Below the pieces are notes generated by a model. That model saw only the letters and a program-made list of their open reading frames with translations, did not search any database and was not told the DNA's origin. A stretch of 64,000 nt of DNA, from positions 6,841,960 through 6,905,959 of the forward strand of contig NC_057753.1 in NCBI RefSeq assembly GCF_004010195.1. Direction: 5' to 3'. The position numbers were made by a program, and so were the translations under genes. Source of the DNA: Chiloscyllium plagiosum. Lineage: Eukaryota. The number at the start of each line of letters is the position of its first letter. Position 1 is the stretch's first letter. Positions 1 to 12,865 of the stretch are shown in pieces.

Positions 1-2452
1 ATCTACAGGCCCCCAAATAGTAGTCTGGATGTCGGATGTAAGTTGAATCAGGAGCTGAAATTGGCCTGTCGCAAAGATGTCACTACAGTTGTTATGGGGG
101 ATTTTAACATGCAGGTAGACTGGGAGAATCAGGATGGTATTGGGCCTCAAGAAAGAGACTTTGTGGAGTGCCTCAGAGATGGATTCTTAGAGCAGCTGGT
201 GCTGGAGCCGACCAGGGAGAAGGCAATTCTGGATCTGGTATTGTGTAACGAACCAGAATTGGTCAGAGACCTCGAAGTGAAGGAGCCATTGGGAAGTAGT
301 GACCCTAATCCATTCAGCTTCAATCTGCAATTTGAGAGCGAGAGGGTACAGTCGGAAGTGACAGTACTTCTGTTGAATGAAGGGAACTATGGAGCTATGA
401 GGGAGGAGCTGGCCAAAGTTCAATGGTGCAATACCTTAGCAGGGTTGACTGTGGAGGAACAATGGCGGATATTTCTGTGTATAATGCAGACGTTGTAGGA
501 TCAGTTCATTCCTAAAAGGAAGAAAGATCCCAGGAGGAGGCATGGGCGGCCGTGGCTGACGAGGGAAGTTAAGAAACATATAAAGTTAAAAGAGAAAACG
601 TATAACATAGCAAAGATAAGTGGGAAAACTGAGGACTGGGAAGCCTTTAAAGAGCAACAGAGAATTACTAAGAAGGAAATACGCAGAGGAAAAATGAGGT
701 ATGAAGGTAAACTGGCCAATAATATAGAGGAGGATAGTAAAAGCTTTTATAAGTATGTGCAAGGCAAAGAAATGTTTAGGACTAAAATTGGGCCCTTGAA
801 GAAACAGGGGAATATATTACGGGGAACAAAGAAATGGCAGAAGAATTAAATGGGTACTTCAGATCTGTGTTCACTGGGGAAGACACAAGCAATCTCCCTG
901 AGGTAACAGTGGCTGAAGGTCCTGAACTTAAGGGAATTTATATTTGCCAGGATTTGGTGTTGGGGAGACTGTTAGGTCTGAAGGTTGATAAGTCTCTGGG
1001 GCCTAATGGTCTACATCCCAGGGTACTGAAGGGGGTGGCTCGGGAAATCGTGGATGTGTTGGTGATTATTTTCCAGAGTTTGATAAATTTGGGGTCGGTT
1101 CCTGAGGATTGGAAGGTGGCTAATGTTATACCACTTTTTAAGAAAGGTGGGAGAGGGAAAGCATGAAATTATAGACCAGTTAGTCTGACCTCAGTGGTGG
1201 GAAAGATGCTGAAGTCTATTATAAAGGATGAAATTACTGCACATCTGGATAGTAGTAACAGGATAGGATAGAGTCAGCATGGATTTATGAAGGGGAAATC
1301 ATGCTTGCCTAACCTTCTGGAATTTTTTGAGGACGTAACTCTGAAGATGGATGAGGGAGATCCAGTAGATGTAGTGTACCTGGACTTTCAGAAAGCTTAT
1401 GATAAAGTCCCACACAGGAGGTTAGTGAGTAAAATTAGGGTGCATGGTATTGGGGGCAAAGTACTAGATTGGATTGAAAATTGGTTGGCTAATAGGAAAC
1501 AAAGGGTAGTGATAAACGGCTCCATTTCGGAATGGCAGGCAGTGACCAGTGGGGTACCGCAGGGATCCGTGCTGGGACCACAGCTTTTTACAATATATGT
1601 TAATGATATAGAAGATGGTATCAGCAATAACATTAGCAAATTTGCTGATGATACAAAGCTGGGTGGCAGGGTGAAAAGTGAGGGTGATGTTAGGAGATTA
1701 CAGGGTGACCTGGACAAGTTAAGTGAGTGGGCAGATGCAGTTTAATGTGGATAAATGTATGGTTACCACTTTGGTAGCAAGAACAGGAAGGCAGACTACT
1801 ACCTCAATGGAATCAATTTATGTAAAGGGGCAGTACAAAGAGATCTGGGTGTTCTTGTACACCAGTCAATGAAAGCAAGCATGCAGGTACAGCAGGTAGT
1901 GAAGAAGGCTAATAGCATGCCGGCCTTCATAACAAGAGGAATTGAGTATAGAAACAAAGAGGTGCTTCTGCAGCTGTACAAGGCCCTGGTGAGACCACAC
2001 CTGGAGTACTGTGTGCAGTTCTGGTCTCCAAATTTGAGAAAAGACATTCTGGCTATTGAGGGAGTGCAGCGTAGGTTCACGAGGACAATTCCTGGAATGG
2101 CAGGATTACCATATACTGAAAGACTGAAGCGACTGGGCTTGTACCGAATCAGAGGACACAGCTTAAAAATACGGGGTAGATCATTTAGGACAGAGATGAG
2201 GAGAAACTTGTTCACCCAGAGAGTGGTGGCTGTGTGGAATGCTCTGCCCCAGAGGGCAGTGGAGGCCCAGTCTCTGGATTCATTTAAGAAAGAGTTGGAT
2301 AGAGCTCTCAAAGATAGTGGAATCAAGGGTTATGGAAATAAGGCAGGAAAAGGATACTGATTAGGAAAGATCAGCCATGATCATATTGAATGGCGGTGCA
2401 GGCTCGAAGGGCTGAATGGCCTACTCCTGCACCTATTGCCTATTGTCTATTG
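1..2452 (+). mobile_element. CR1 LINE ORF2 (APE endonuclease C-terminal part and RT), frameshifted, with 3' UTR and (CTATTG)n tail
   Basis: Motifs VMGDFN, ILDLVL, YLDFQKAYDKVPH, GVPQGSVLGP and KFADDTK are split across several ORFs; ends ...ctattgcctattgtctattg. Confidence 0.95.
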
Positions 2453-2454
2453 AT

Positions 2455-3682
2455 AAGGGATAGATAACATGGTTTTGTGAAGAGTAGGTCATGCCTCACA
2501 TACCTTATTGAGTTTTTTGAGAATGTTACCAAACAGGTGGATGAAGGTAAATCAGTTGATTTTCAGTAAGGTTCACCATGGTAGGCACAAAGTAAAGAGG
2601 GATAGAATTGATGGTGATTTAGTGGTTTGGATCAGAAATTGGTGAGCTGAAAGAAAACAGAGGATGGGCATTGCTTGGAATTGTTCATCCTGGAGTTTAG
2701 GTACTAGTGGCGTACCACAAGGATGTGTTTTGGGTCCACTGCTGTTTGTTGTTTTTTATAAACGATCTGGATGAGGGCGGAGAAGGATGGGTTAGTAAAT
2801 TTGCAGATGACACTAAGATCAGTAGACTAGTGATCAGTGCCAAAGCGTGTTGTAGATTACAGAGGGACATAGCTAAGCTGCAGAGCTGGGTTGAGAGGTG
2901 GCAAATGGAGTTTACTGCAGAAAAATGTGAAGTGACTTACTTTGTAAGGAGGAACAGGAATGCAGAGTATTTGGCTAATGATAAGATTCTTGGTAGTGTA
3001 GGCGAGCAGAGGGATCTCAGTATCCAGGTACATAGATCCCTGAAAGTTGCCACCCAGGTTGATAGGGTTGTTAAGAAGCCATACAGTGTGTTGGCTTTTA
3101 TTGGTAGAGGGATTGAGTTTCGGAGTAACGGGTTCATGCTGCAGTTGTACAAAACTCAGGGATGGCTGCACTTGGAGTATTGCATGCAGTTCTAGTCACC
3201 ACATTACAGGAAGGATGTAGAAGCTTTGGAAAAGGTTCAGATGAGATTTACTAGGCTGTTGCATGGTATGGATGGAAGGTCGTACGAGGAAAGGCTGAGG
3301 GACTTGATTGGAGAGAAGAAGGTTGGGAGGTGACTTAGTTGAGACATATCAGGTGATCAGAGTATTATATAGGGTGGACAGTGAGAGCCTTTTTCATTGG
3401 ATGGTGATGGATAGCATGAGAGGACATAGCTTTTAATTGAGGGATAATAGAATAGGACAGATGACAGAGGTAGTTTCTTCACTCACAAAGTATTAGAGGC
3501 GTGGAATGCACTGCCTGCAACAGTAGTAGACTCACCAACTTTAACGGCATTTAAAGTTTATTGGGTAGTCATATGGATAAAAATGGAAGTGTGTTCATTG
3601 GATTGGCTTCAGATTGTTTTCACAGGTCGACACAACATCGAGGGTCGAAGGGACTGTACTACACTGAAATGTTCTATGTTCT
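2455..3682 (+). mobile_element. CR1 LINE 3' fragment (RT to tail)
   Basis: WVSKFADDTKI and LEYCMQF motifs; gttctatgttct tail. Confidence 0.9.
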
Positions 3683-3699
3683 AACACTTCTCCGAGATT

Positions 3700-3990
3700 C
3701 AAAGCTGATGAGTCCATCATTTATCACAAGATGCTGGAGTCTATTATGACGGATGAGATAAACAAACATTTGCAAAGCATCAATCAGTTTGCACAAAGTC
3801 AACATTGGTTTATGAAAGGGAAACACTATTGACAAAACTATTGAAAGTTTTTGAGGATATAACTGGTAAACAAGGTACAGGAAAACCAATTGATCAGGGA
3901 GTTTGTATTTCCAGAATACTTTAATAACATCGCATGTAAGTGTGAGATTGCCAAATCAGAGCACATTAGTGGTAATATACTAGCATGGAA
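3700..3990 (+). mobile_element. Old CR1 RT relic
   Basis: Decayed copy of the SQHGFMKGKSCLTNLLEFFED-coding segment seen at 1273-1340. Confidence 0.6.
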
Positions 3991-4019
3991 TCCATGAAGG
4001 ATTTTAGATTGTTATCCAA

Positions 4020-4470
4020 ACTGCTGAGTCACCAGTGAATTCACACTGGGGAGAAGCCATTCACTGCTCTGATTTTGTGAAGGTATTCACTCAGTCTTCG
4101 CAGTTTCTGGTATGACAGTGAGTTCACACTGAGGAGAGGCCTTTCACCTACTCTGTGTGTGGAAACAGGCTTGACTGATTCATCAACCCTGCTGGCACAC
4201 CACTAACATAACACCAGGCAGAAATCATTCAACTGCTCTCAGTGTGGGAAGGAATTCACTCCCTCATCCAGCTTCCTGATACACCGGCAAATACATGGCG
4301 GGTGGAAACCATTACCCGGCTCTGACTGCAAAAAAGGCTTTCATGTTTCATGAAATGTGCTATGCACCAGTGAGTTCACGCTGGGGACAAAATGTTCACT
4401 TACTCTGTGTATGGGAAGGGATTTGTTTGGTCACCAATCCTGTTTAAACACCAGTGAATTCACAAAGACC
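4020..4470 (+). pseudogene. Decayed C2H2 zinc-finger array (about 5 fingers, with stops and frameshifts)
   Basis: Repeated cacactggggagaagccattc and tgtgggaagg units; several cag-TGA-(g/a)ttcac stops where HQRxH is expected. Confidence 0.85.
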
Positions 4471-4509
4471 ACAGTCCAAAGATTTTACTCTTACTAACTC
4501 CAGTGAATG

Positions 4510-5450
4510 AATCATACAGCATTGAAACAGACCCTTCAGTCCAGCTCACTTGCCCTGCCCAGATATCGTTAACTGATGTAGCCTCATATGCCTATGTTAG
4601 GCCCACATCCTTCTAAACACTTCTTATTCATGTATCCATTTAGATGACTTTTAAATGTTGAAATTGTACCTGATTCAAACACGATCTCTGTCAGCTTGTT
4701 TCATATGTACAACGTCCTCTGCATGAAAATGTTGCCCATCCAATCCCTTTTAAAACTTTTCCCTCTCAACTTAAACATCTACTTTTAGACTCCCCTCCCC
4801 TGGGGAAAAGACTGTGGCCATTCAACTCATCTATGCCCCTCCTGATTTCATGAACTGCCATAAGATCACCCCCTCAGCGTCCGTTGCTCCAGGTAAGGAA
4901 AAAGCCCCAGCCTCTTCGGCCTCTCCCCATATCTCAAACCCCCTAGATTTGCCAACATCTTTGTAAATCTTATCTACACACTTTCAAGTTTAGCAACATC
5001 ATTCCCATAGCAGGGTGACCAAAGTTTTACACTGTATTCCTAAAGTGGCTTAGCCAGTGTCATGTACAGCTGAAATATGACATCCCAACTCGTTTATTCA
5101 ATGCAACAACCAATAAAGGCAAGCATGCCAACTGCCTTCTTCACCACCCTATTTACCTGAGACTCCACTTTCAACGAACTATACAACTACATTCTTAGGT
5201 TTCTTTGTTTGTCAACACTCCGCAGTGCCCTACCGTTAACTGCCCAGCTTTGCCTGAACAAAATGCATGACATCACATTTGTCTAAACTCCATCTGCTGC
5301 TTCTTGGCCCACTGGCCCATCTAATCAAGGTCCCAGTTTACGCTGGGATATCCTTTATTGTCCATTATATCACCTATTTTGGTGTCAACTGTAAACTTAC
5401 TAACCATTCCCTCTCAATACACATCCAAAACATTTTTATAAATGACAAAA
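4510..5450 (-). mobile_element. CR1 LINE 3' fragment
   Basis: Reverse complement of the CR1 RT C-terminus and 3' UTR found elsewhere in the window. Confidence 0.85.
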
Positions 5451-5974
5451 AGCAGCATATCTGCTCTGGGTTGTTTGTTACTCAACTCTGCTTATTTCAA
5501 AATGCTGGTATTGTGGTTGACATGTTAATCACATTGCATTACTGTTATGGAAATGATTACAACATCAGTTTAAATCAAAGCATCCACACTGGGTATAAAC
5601 TATCCATCTACCCAGTGTGTGAATTGGGATTTCTCTTTCATCAGGACTGGTTAAACACCAATGAGTCCCAAGCAACTACAGGAATTAGACATTGACACTA
5701 GCACCGTGTTTAGCAATGCTACGTCACTTTGCCAGAGTCTCACATTCAACTCCAGCCTCGGGCGACTGCCTGTGTGGAATTGCTGTAAATTTAGGGCATG
5801 ATTGGAATTCTGCATGGAGGGGATAAGGTGTTTTTGTTTGTTTTTATTTTGCCCATGCTTTGTAAGGTAATTTTACAGGGTTTATTGTTTGAAAGGCCAC
5901 AGCTTCAACTGAGCAGACAGAAAAAATTCCTAGTTTGGTAGCTCTACCTTCAGGAGACAGATGACTAGGAAGAG

Positions 5975-6321
5975 TGCCACAGTGATTCAGTGGTTAACAC
6001 TGCTGCCTCACAGCGCCAGGACCTGCGTTCAATTCCAGCCTCAGGCAACTGGCTATGTGGAGTTTGCACATTCTCCTCATGTCTGTATGGCTTTCCTCTG
6101 GGTGCTCTGGTTTCCTCTCACTGTCCAAAGATGTGCAGGTTTGGTGAACTGGCCAGGCTAAGTTGCCTATAGTGTACAGGGATATGTAGGTTAAGTGCAT
6201 TAGTCAGGGGTAAATGTACATCAATAGGGTAGGGGAAATGTGTTTGGGTGGGTTACTCTTTGGAGGGTAGGTGTGGACCTGTTGGGTCAAATGGCCTCTT
6301 TCCACGCTGTAGGGATTCTAT
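5975..6321 (+). mobile_element. HE1-type tRNA-derived SINE
   Basis: tRNA-like head (gtggttaacactgctgcctcacagcgccagg...ttcaattcc), core gtggagtttgcacattctcc, CR1-like tail ending gggattctat. Confidence 0.85.
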
Positions 6322-6399
6322 CGAAATAGTGAAATCACAGGAAAGCGGTGCATTAATTCATGAATTTTTTAAAAATTACAAGAGTAAAATAAAAACTGA

Positions 6400-6528
6400 A
6401 AAAAATCACAGATGCTGTAAATCAGAAACAAAAACAGAGGTTGCTGGAAAAGTTCAGCAAGTCTGGCAGCATCTGTGAACAGAAATCAACGTTTGCATCT
6501 CAGGCACAGTTACCCTTCCTCAGAACGC
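6400..6528 (-). mobile_element. Penelope-like terminal-repeat fragment
   Basis: cagatgctg...gctggaaaa...ggcagcatctg motif shared with other PLE termini in the window. Confidence 0.6.
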
Positions 6529-6614
6529 CATCTGACTTCCAAGAAACATGGCACAACTCATTCTTGCGCTCTGTGGCAAATATCAAAAGTTTCAGTTGCC
6601 CCTGGTGCCCACAC

Positions 6615-6940
6615 AGAATCCCGACAGTGTGGAAACAGGCGATTCAGTCCAAGATGTAGACAACAACCCTCCAAAAAGCAACCCCACTCAGACCCATTCC
6701 CCTACGTTTACCCGACTAATGCACCTAACCTAACACCCCTGAACACTATGGTCACCTTAGCATGACCAATCCACCTTAACCTGCACATCTTTGTGACTGT
6801 GGGAGGAAACCAGAGCTCAGGAGGCCCAAGCAAACATAGGCAAATGTGCAAACTCTATGCAGACGGTCACCTCAGACTGGAATCAAACCTGTAGCCCTGG
6901 TGATGCCAGGCAGCAGTGCCAAACACTGAACTGCTGTGCC
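6615..6940 (-). mobile_element. HE1-type SINE
   Basis: Reverse complement of the SINE at 5975-6321. Confidence 0.8.
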
Positions 6941-7001
6941 ACTACAGCTACTGGCAAACCAAATTAATAAGCAAGATTTCTGCAACAACAGTCACTGGTT
7001 C

Positions 7002-7347
7002 TGTGAGAGACGATTTCGGTACAAATAGTTAAGATGTGCATGACCTCAGAGTCTAAGGGGAATAGAGCCGTGGGGGTAGGGTAAAACATGCTTCTCTATA
7101 ATAAAGGACGAGATATCTGCTGCTACAGAGTAGAAAAACAAGTCCTTGATTGATAAGACCACTAACTCTGACAGAGAAGAATAAGTCCTTGACTGATAAG
7201 ACTACAGGGTAGAAAAACAACTCGGGAAACTGTTGCCTGGCGCGCCTTTTTTTTCAAGGGTGCCCAACTCTGCAGACTTGTTAATAAAACTTCGTTTTCC
7301 TGAATTTGTTTAGAGCGATTATTGAGAAGCGATTTTCGTTTCTAACA
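7002..7347 (+). mobile_element. Solo LTR (346 bp) with 5-bp TSD
   Basis: Begins TGT and ends ACA; flanked by GGTTC at 6997-7001 and 7348-7352; AATAAA at 7283-7288; internal direct repeats. Confidence 0.8.
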
Positions 7348-7574
7348 GGTTCCAAACTATTTTCTGTGCTTTCTTGTCCAGATGCTACCATATGTTCGAG
7401 GTATTACCCAAGCATTTTCTGTTGCAGCTTCTTTCCAGTTTCCTTGCAACACTTTCTTGACTTAGCTCTCAATGCCTAGCGTCCATCACCATTTGGATCA
7501 TTCCTTCCCTTGAAACGATTTGGACCAATTGGGAAACAGAGAACCGAAGTCCTCATGAGCATGCAGTACATTCA

Positions 7575-7801
7575 AACTAGCTGCTCCCAGCCAATAGGAA
7601 AAGGGGGCGGGACTGGAGAACGAGGGGCGGTGGCTTGTCCTCCAGCCAATGGAAGTGAATGAAGGGGCGGTGCCTCGCCGGCATAGCCGTTGCAGCAGCG
7701 CATGCGCAGCACCTCCGACCCCGCTCGAGTGAAGATGGCGGACGTTAGGCGGTCGGGCTGAGTGGCTGCTGCCAGATTAACCGCCGTGTAAAAAGGTAGG
7801 T
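7575..7801 (+). promoter_or_regulatory. CpG-island promoter and probable non-coding first exon
   Basis: CCAAT boxes near 7592 and 7646, GC boxes, NRF1 motif GCGCATGCGC at 7698-7707, YY1 motif AAGATGGCGG at 7732-7741, donor AAG|GTAGGT at 7796. Confidence 0.75.
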
Positions 7802-7938
7802 TTCGCTCGGCGTTTAGTACCTTCCGCTCTCGGAGTTTTCCTGAATTCCACCTCCCCCCTCCCCATTTACCAGGCGAACGAGGCCCGCCGGAGTCCAACC
7901 CTGAGGCAGTGCTCCACCGATATGATGGAAGGTAGAGA

Positions 7939-8200
7939 TTGACAGCAGCTCCGGGCCAATGGGAACCAGCGGGGGTATCGCTCACAGTGGGAGGCGGGGA
8001 TTGACGGCAGCTCTGGACCAATAGGAACCAGCGGGGACATGTCACAATAGAAGGCGGGGATGGACGGCCACCCCGGGGGATTAGGGAACAAGCTCACGGT
8101 GGGACGCGGGATTGACAGCGGCAACGGCCAATTGAACACAATGAGAGGCGGTGGTTGACGGAAGCTCGGGCCAATGGGAACCAGCGGTGATTGTGCGCAA
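7939..8200. repeat. Degenerate 43-62 bp GC-rich minisatellite containing CCAAT and GC-box motifs
   Basis: Units start ttgac/tggac at 7939, 8001, 8061, 8112 and 8155. Confidence 0.7.
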
Positions 8201-8489
8201 TGTAGGAGCACGTGCCTGTAGATGCTGCCACCCCCAAGGGCCCATGTCTTTGGCCAATAGTCTTCCCCTCGTTCCCAGAAGCCTCTTCGCCCAGCTCCAA
8301 CACTCCCATCCACCCAGATCCCTCTGCTAGTGGCCTTTTACCTCCACTCCATCCATTTGTTCAGAGCCGTCGGCGTGACTTTGGTCGCCTCAATTTCATT
8401 GCCCTGCTGCCTCACCACCTCTCTCCATTCCCCCACTATTCCCCCGTTTCCCCCTTCCCTCCCCCTCGCCCCTCTCCTCCCCCTTCCCT

Positions 8490-8785
8490 CCCTGGGTAAC
8501 CGCTTCTCAGAACACTCACATCCCGTTCGCAAAAAAGATCCTGAACTTCCAGTTTCTTGCCAATTAATTCACCACCGTTTACACCCTGGCCAAAATCTGT
8601 GTCTGAGGCTTACTGTGGTGCTCCAGCACAGTTCCATGCAAGCTGGAAGAACAGTATCGAGTTTAATAACTTTAGGGCTTGAGCTGTCCCATGTCCCTAC
8701 CCCAATGCCGAGAACCAGGCTTTGTTATCACATGCGCAAAAACCGAAGTTGGTGGAAAAGCTGGGCAGGTCTGACAGCATCTGTG
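8490..8785 (+). mobile_element. Penelope-like element relic (GIY-YIG C-terminal region)
   Basis: Translates LGNRFSEHSHPVRKKDPELPVSCQ, resembling the R..EH helix of PLE endonucleases. Confidence 0.6.
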
Positions 8786-8789
8786 GTAG

Positions 8790-10222
8790 TATTCGGCCTC
8801 AAGCTCAGTGACCAGTGGTGTTCTGCAGGGTTCTGTTCTGGGATGAGGAAGTGTAAGGGTGGATTAGTAAGTTTGCCAATGACGCGAAGGCTAGTGAAGG
8901 TGTGGTTCGTGTCGAGACTGTTGTATGTTGCAATGGGACATTGACAGGATGCAGAGCTGGGCTGAGAAATGCCAGATGGAGTTCAAAGTGTGAAGTCATT
9001 TGCGTTGGAAGGTTGAATTTGAATGAGAATTACAGGGGTAAGGGCAGGATTCTTGGCAGTGTAGAGGAGCAGAGCGATCTTGGGGTCCATGTCCATAGAT
9101 CCCTCAAAGTTGCCACCCTACTTGCTCGGGTTGCTAAGAAGGTGTATGGTGTGTTGGCTTTCATTAGCAGGGGGATTGACTTTAAGAACCACAAGGTTAT
9201 GCTGCAGCTCTGTAAAGCCCTGTTTAGACAACACTTAGAATATAGTGTTCAGTTCTGATCGCCTCATTATAGGAAAGATGTGGAACCTTTAGAGAGGGTG
9301 CAGAGGAGATTTACCAGGTTGCTGCCTCAACTGGAGGGCATGCCTTATGAAACAAAGGTTGAGGGAGCGAAGAAGGATGAGAGGTGACTTGATAGAGGTA
9401 TGTATAAGATTATGAGAGGCATAGATAGTGTGGATAGCCACAGACTTTTTCTTCTGGTGGAAGTGGCTATCAAGAGGGGCTACAATCTTTAGGTGTAGGG
9501 GAGCTGTCTGAGGTAGGTTTTGGGAGAAAGTGAGGACTGTAGATACTGGAGATCGAAGTAGAGAGCGTGGTGCTGGAAAAGCACAGTAGGTCAGGCAGCA
9601 TCAGAGGAGCAGGAGAATCGATATTTTCGGCATAAGCCCTTCATCGCCTCTACACCCAGCTCCATCCCAGGTCCTAGCTCCCAGCCTGCCATGTCTTCAC
9701 TATTCCTCCAGACTTCACTGAAGATGAACGTTTAGTCCTCAGCAAAGACCTCCCCTTCATCCCTCTACGTTCCCGGATTAATGAGTTCGACATGAATTGC
9801 AACCTTCGCCTGCCTTCGCCTCTGAGCCCACTTTATAAATCAAGACTCCTGTCCACCAACGAGGACCCCTTCTTTTGCCTCCGACACCACCCCATCCACC
9901 TGGACACCTCGTACTGGCCTGTTACCCACCCTCAATTAATTCCTGATGAAGGGCCTATGCCCAAAATGCCGTTTCTCCTCCTTCTCGAATGCTGCCTGAC
10001 CTGAGGTAGGTTCTTCACACAGAGGGTGGTGGGTGTGTGGAATGCACTGCCAGCTGTGGTGGTAGAGTTTGATACATTATGGACATTTAAGAGACTCTTG
10101 GATAGACACCTGGATTATAGTAAAACGAAGGGCATGTCTGTCATTTTGATCTTAGAATGGGATAAAAGGTTGGCACAACATCGAGAGCCAAAGTGCCTGT
10201 ACTGTGCAGTAATGTTCTATGT
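8790..10222 (+). mobile_element. CR1 LINE 3' part, interrupted by a PLE at 9520-10000
   Basis: RT C-terminus (DLGVHVHRSLKVA, LEYSVQF); gttctatgtt tail. Confidence 0.9.
9520..10000. mobile_element. PLE derivative: inverted terminal repeats around an N-terminal ORF relic
   Basis: TSD CTGAGGTAGGTT at 9508-9519 and 10001-10012; hammerhead-like ctgatgaagggcctatgccc near 9943. Confidence 0.75.
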
Positions 10223-10639
10223 TAAGTCAGAGTTATAGATCCCTCTATCCCAAACCACCCCGTTACATAAATGCTTCTTCTTCAGACTTCACGTCAGCTC
10301 TGATGAAGTGTTACCTGGACTCTGAACGTGAGGTTGCTTTCTTTCCATGGTTGCTGCCTGACCTGCTGTGATCTCCAGCTCTTTTTTTTGTTGGAGGACT
10401 GGGCTGGAGCGCTTAGTCCTCCAATCAATGGCAGTGAGTGGGGCGGGGCTGGAGGACCAAGTGGGAGGCTCGTCGAATCAGTTCTTCAAAGTCCTGAGTG
10501 TGCCTATTTCAGCAGTGAGTTCCAGATGCTCGCCGCCCTCTCAAATTTAGTCTTAACCTTCTGGTCCTTACCTTAAAATTATGACCCCACAGTTACTGGT
10601 GCATCAGGGGAAACTTGCTCCCTATCCCCCCAACTGTAT

Positions 10640-11030
10640 AGAATCCCCACAATGTGGGAGAAAGGTAATTCAGCCCATCAAATCCAAACTGGCTCCCCAG
10701 AAGTGAGTGCGAACTACTGAGCATGTATTTCCAATAGCTATATACAGCTCAGTCAGGTCCACCCTCGGCCTTCTCTGCTCTACGGAAAACGACCCAGCCT
10801 GTCCAGTCACTCTTCAAAGCTGAATTAGTTCAGCCCCGGCAACATCCTAGTGAATCTGTTCATTACCCTCTCCACTGCAGTCATAGCCTTCCAAACGTGC
10901 AGTAACCAGACCTGCACACCGTACCCCGACTGTGTCGGAACTAACCTGAAATATGGGGCCATTGTAAACTCCTCATAGCCTCTTGTATGCCGTCCCTTGA
11001 GTAATGAAGTCAAGTATGGCAAATGCCTTA
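10640..11030 (-). mobile_element. Old CR1 3' fragment
   Basis: Minus-strand peptide ERVMNRFTRMLPGL. Confidence 0.7.
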
Positions 11031-11039
11031 AAATAAAGC

Positions 11040-11183
11040 AAAGAAATATGGATGCCAGAAATCTGAAATTGATGGAGAAACTCAACAAGGCAGAGAACTC
11101 CGAGATCACGTTTCCAGCCCAGTTCTGAGTAAGAGTTACTGGAGTCGAAACGTTAACTTTGATTTTCTTTACAGATGCTGACA
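11040..11183. mobile_element. Short fold-back PLE terminus with a decayed hammerhead motif (11122-11157)
   Basis: gtt-ctgagta-a-gagtt-actg-gagtc-gaaacgtt-aac. Confidence 0.6.
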
Positions 11184-11184
11184 A

Positions 11185-12865
11185 ACATAGAACACCAAAA
11201 AGTACAGCACAGAACAGGCCCTTAGGTCCACGATGTTGTGCCGAGATTTAATCCTAATGGAAAATATAGTAACTTAACCTACACACCCCTCAACTCACTG
11301 CTATCCATGTGCATGTCCAGTAGTCGCTTAAATGTCCCCAATGACTCTGCTTCCACCATTCCATGCATTCACAGCTCTCTGCGTAAAGAACCTACCTCTG
11401 ATGTCTCCTTTATACCTTCCTCCTAATATCTTCAAACTGTGACTCTCATACCAGTCAATCCTGCCCTGGGAAAAAGTCTCTGCCTATTGACTCTATCTAT
11501 TCCTCTCGTTATTTTATACACCTCGATCAGGTCTCCTCGCTTCCTCCTTCTCTCCAGCGAGAAAAGTCAGAGCTTATTCAACCTTTCTTCATAAGGCAAG
11601 CCCTCCAGTCCAGGCAGCATCCTGGCAAACCTTCTTTGTACCCTCTCCAAAGCCTCCACATCTTTCCTATAGTAGGGCGACCAGAACTGGACACAATATT
11701 CCAAGTGTGGTCTCACCAGGGACTTGTAGAGCTGAGCAAAACCTCGCGGCTCTTAAACTCGATCCCCCTGTTAATGAAAGCCAAAACACCATATGCTCTC
11801 TTAACAACCCTATCCACTTGGGTGGCAATTTGAGGGATCTATGTACTTGCACACCCAGATCCCTCTGTCCCTCCATACTGTCAAGAATCCTGTCTTTAAT
11901 CCTATATTCAACATTCGAGTTTCCCCTTCCAAAATGCATTTATCCAGATGAACTCCATCTGCCATTTCTCAGCCCAGCTCTGCATCCTGTCTATGTCACG
12001 CTGCAGCCTGCAGTAGTCCTCTATACTATTGACGACACCTCCAACCTTTGTGACATCTGCAAATTTACTAACCCACCCCTCAACCTCCTCATCCGAGTCA
12101 TTTATAAAACCTACAAAGAGCAGAGGCCCAAGAACAGAGCCCTGCGGGACCCCACTCAACACTGACTTCCGGGCAGAATACTTTCCATCTACAACCATTC
12201 TCTGCCTTCTGTCAGCCGGCCAATTCTGAATCCAGATAGCCAAATCTCCCTGTATCCCATTCTTCCTGACTTTATGAATGAGCCTACCTTGGGGAACCCG
12301 ATCAAATGCACTGCTGAAGTCCAGATACACCACATCCACTGCTCAACCGTTGTCGACTTGTCTTGACACAATAAGATTTGTGAGGCATGACCTGCCCTTC
12401 ACAAAGCCATGCTGACTGCCTTTAATCACACTATCCTTTGCCAAATAGTCATAAATCCTATCCATCAGGATTCTTTTCACAACTTTGCTGACCACAGACA
12501 TAAGACTGATTGGTCTGTAATTGCTAGGGATTTCCCTATTACCCTTCTTGAAAAGAGGAACAACATTCGCCTCCTTCCAATCCTCCGATACCACTCCCTT
12601 GGAGAGTGAGGAGGCAAATATCCTCACCAGTGGCTTAGCAACCTCCTTTCTTGCTTTCCAGAGCAGCCCAGGATAAATCTGGTCTGGCCCTGGGGACTTG
12701 TCAATCTTAATGTTTTCCAAAATTTCTAGCACGTCGTCTTCATTCGTCTTGATCTGGTCATGACTGTATCCCAGCTCCTCTAAATTTTCATTTACAACAA
12801 GTTCCCTTTCCTTGATGAAACCGAAGCAAAAAACTCATTTAGGGCTTCCCCTATCTCCTCAGAAA
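11185..12865 (-). mobile_element. CR1 LINE (RT to 3' tail)
   Basis: KSPGPDQIYP, YLDFSSAFDRVP, GVPQGSVLGP and KFADVTKV on the minus strand. Confidence 0.92.

Noticed and set aside
1..2360. Intact, active CR1 ORF2
   Set aside because: Multiple stops, frameshifts and an internal deletion near 2145.
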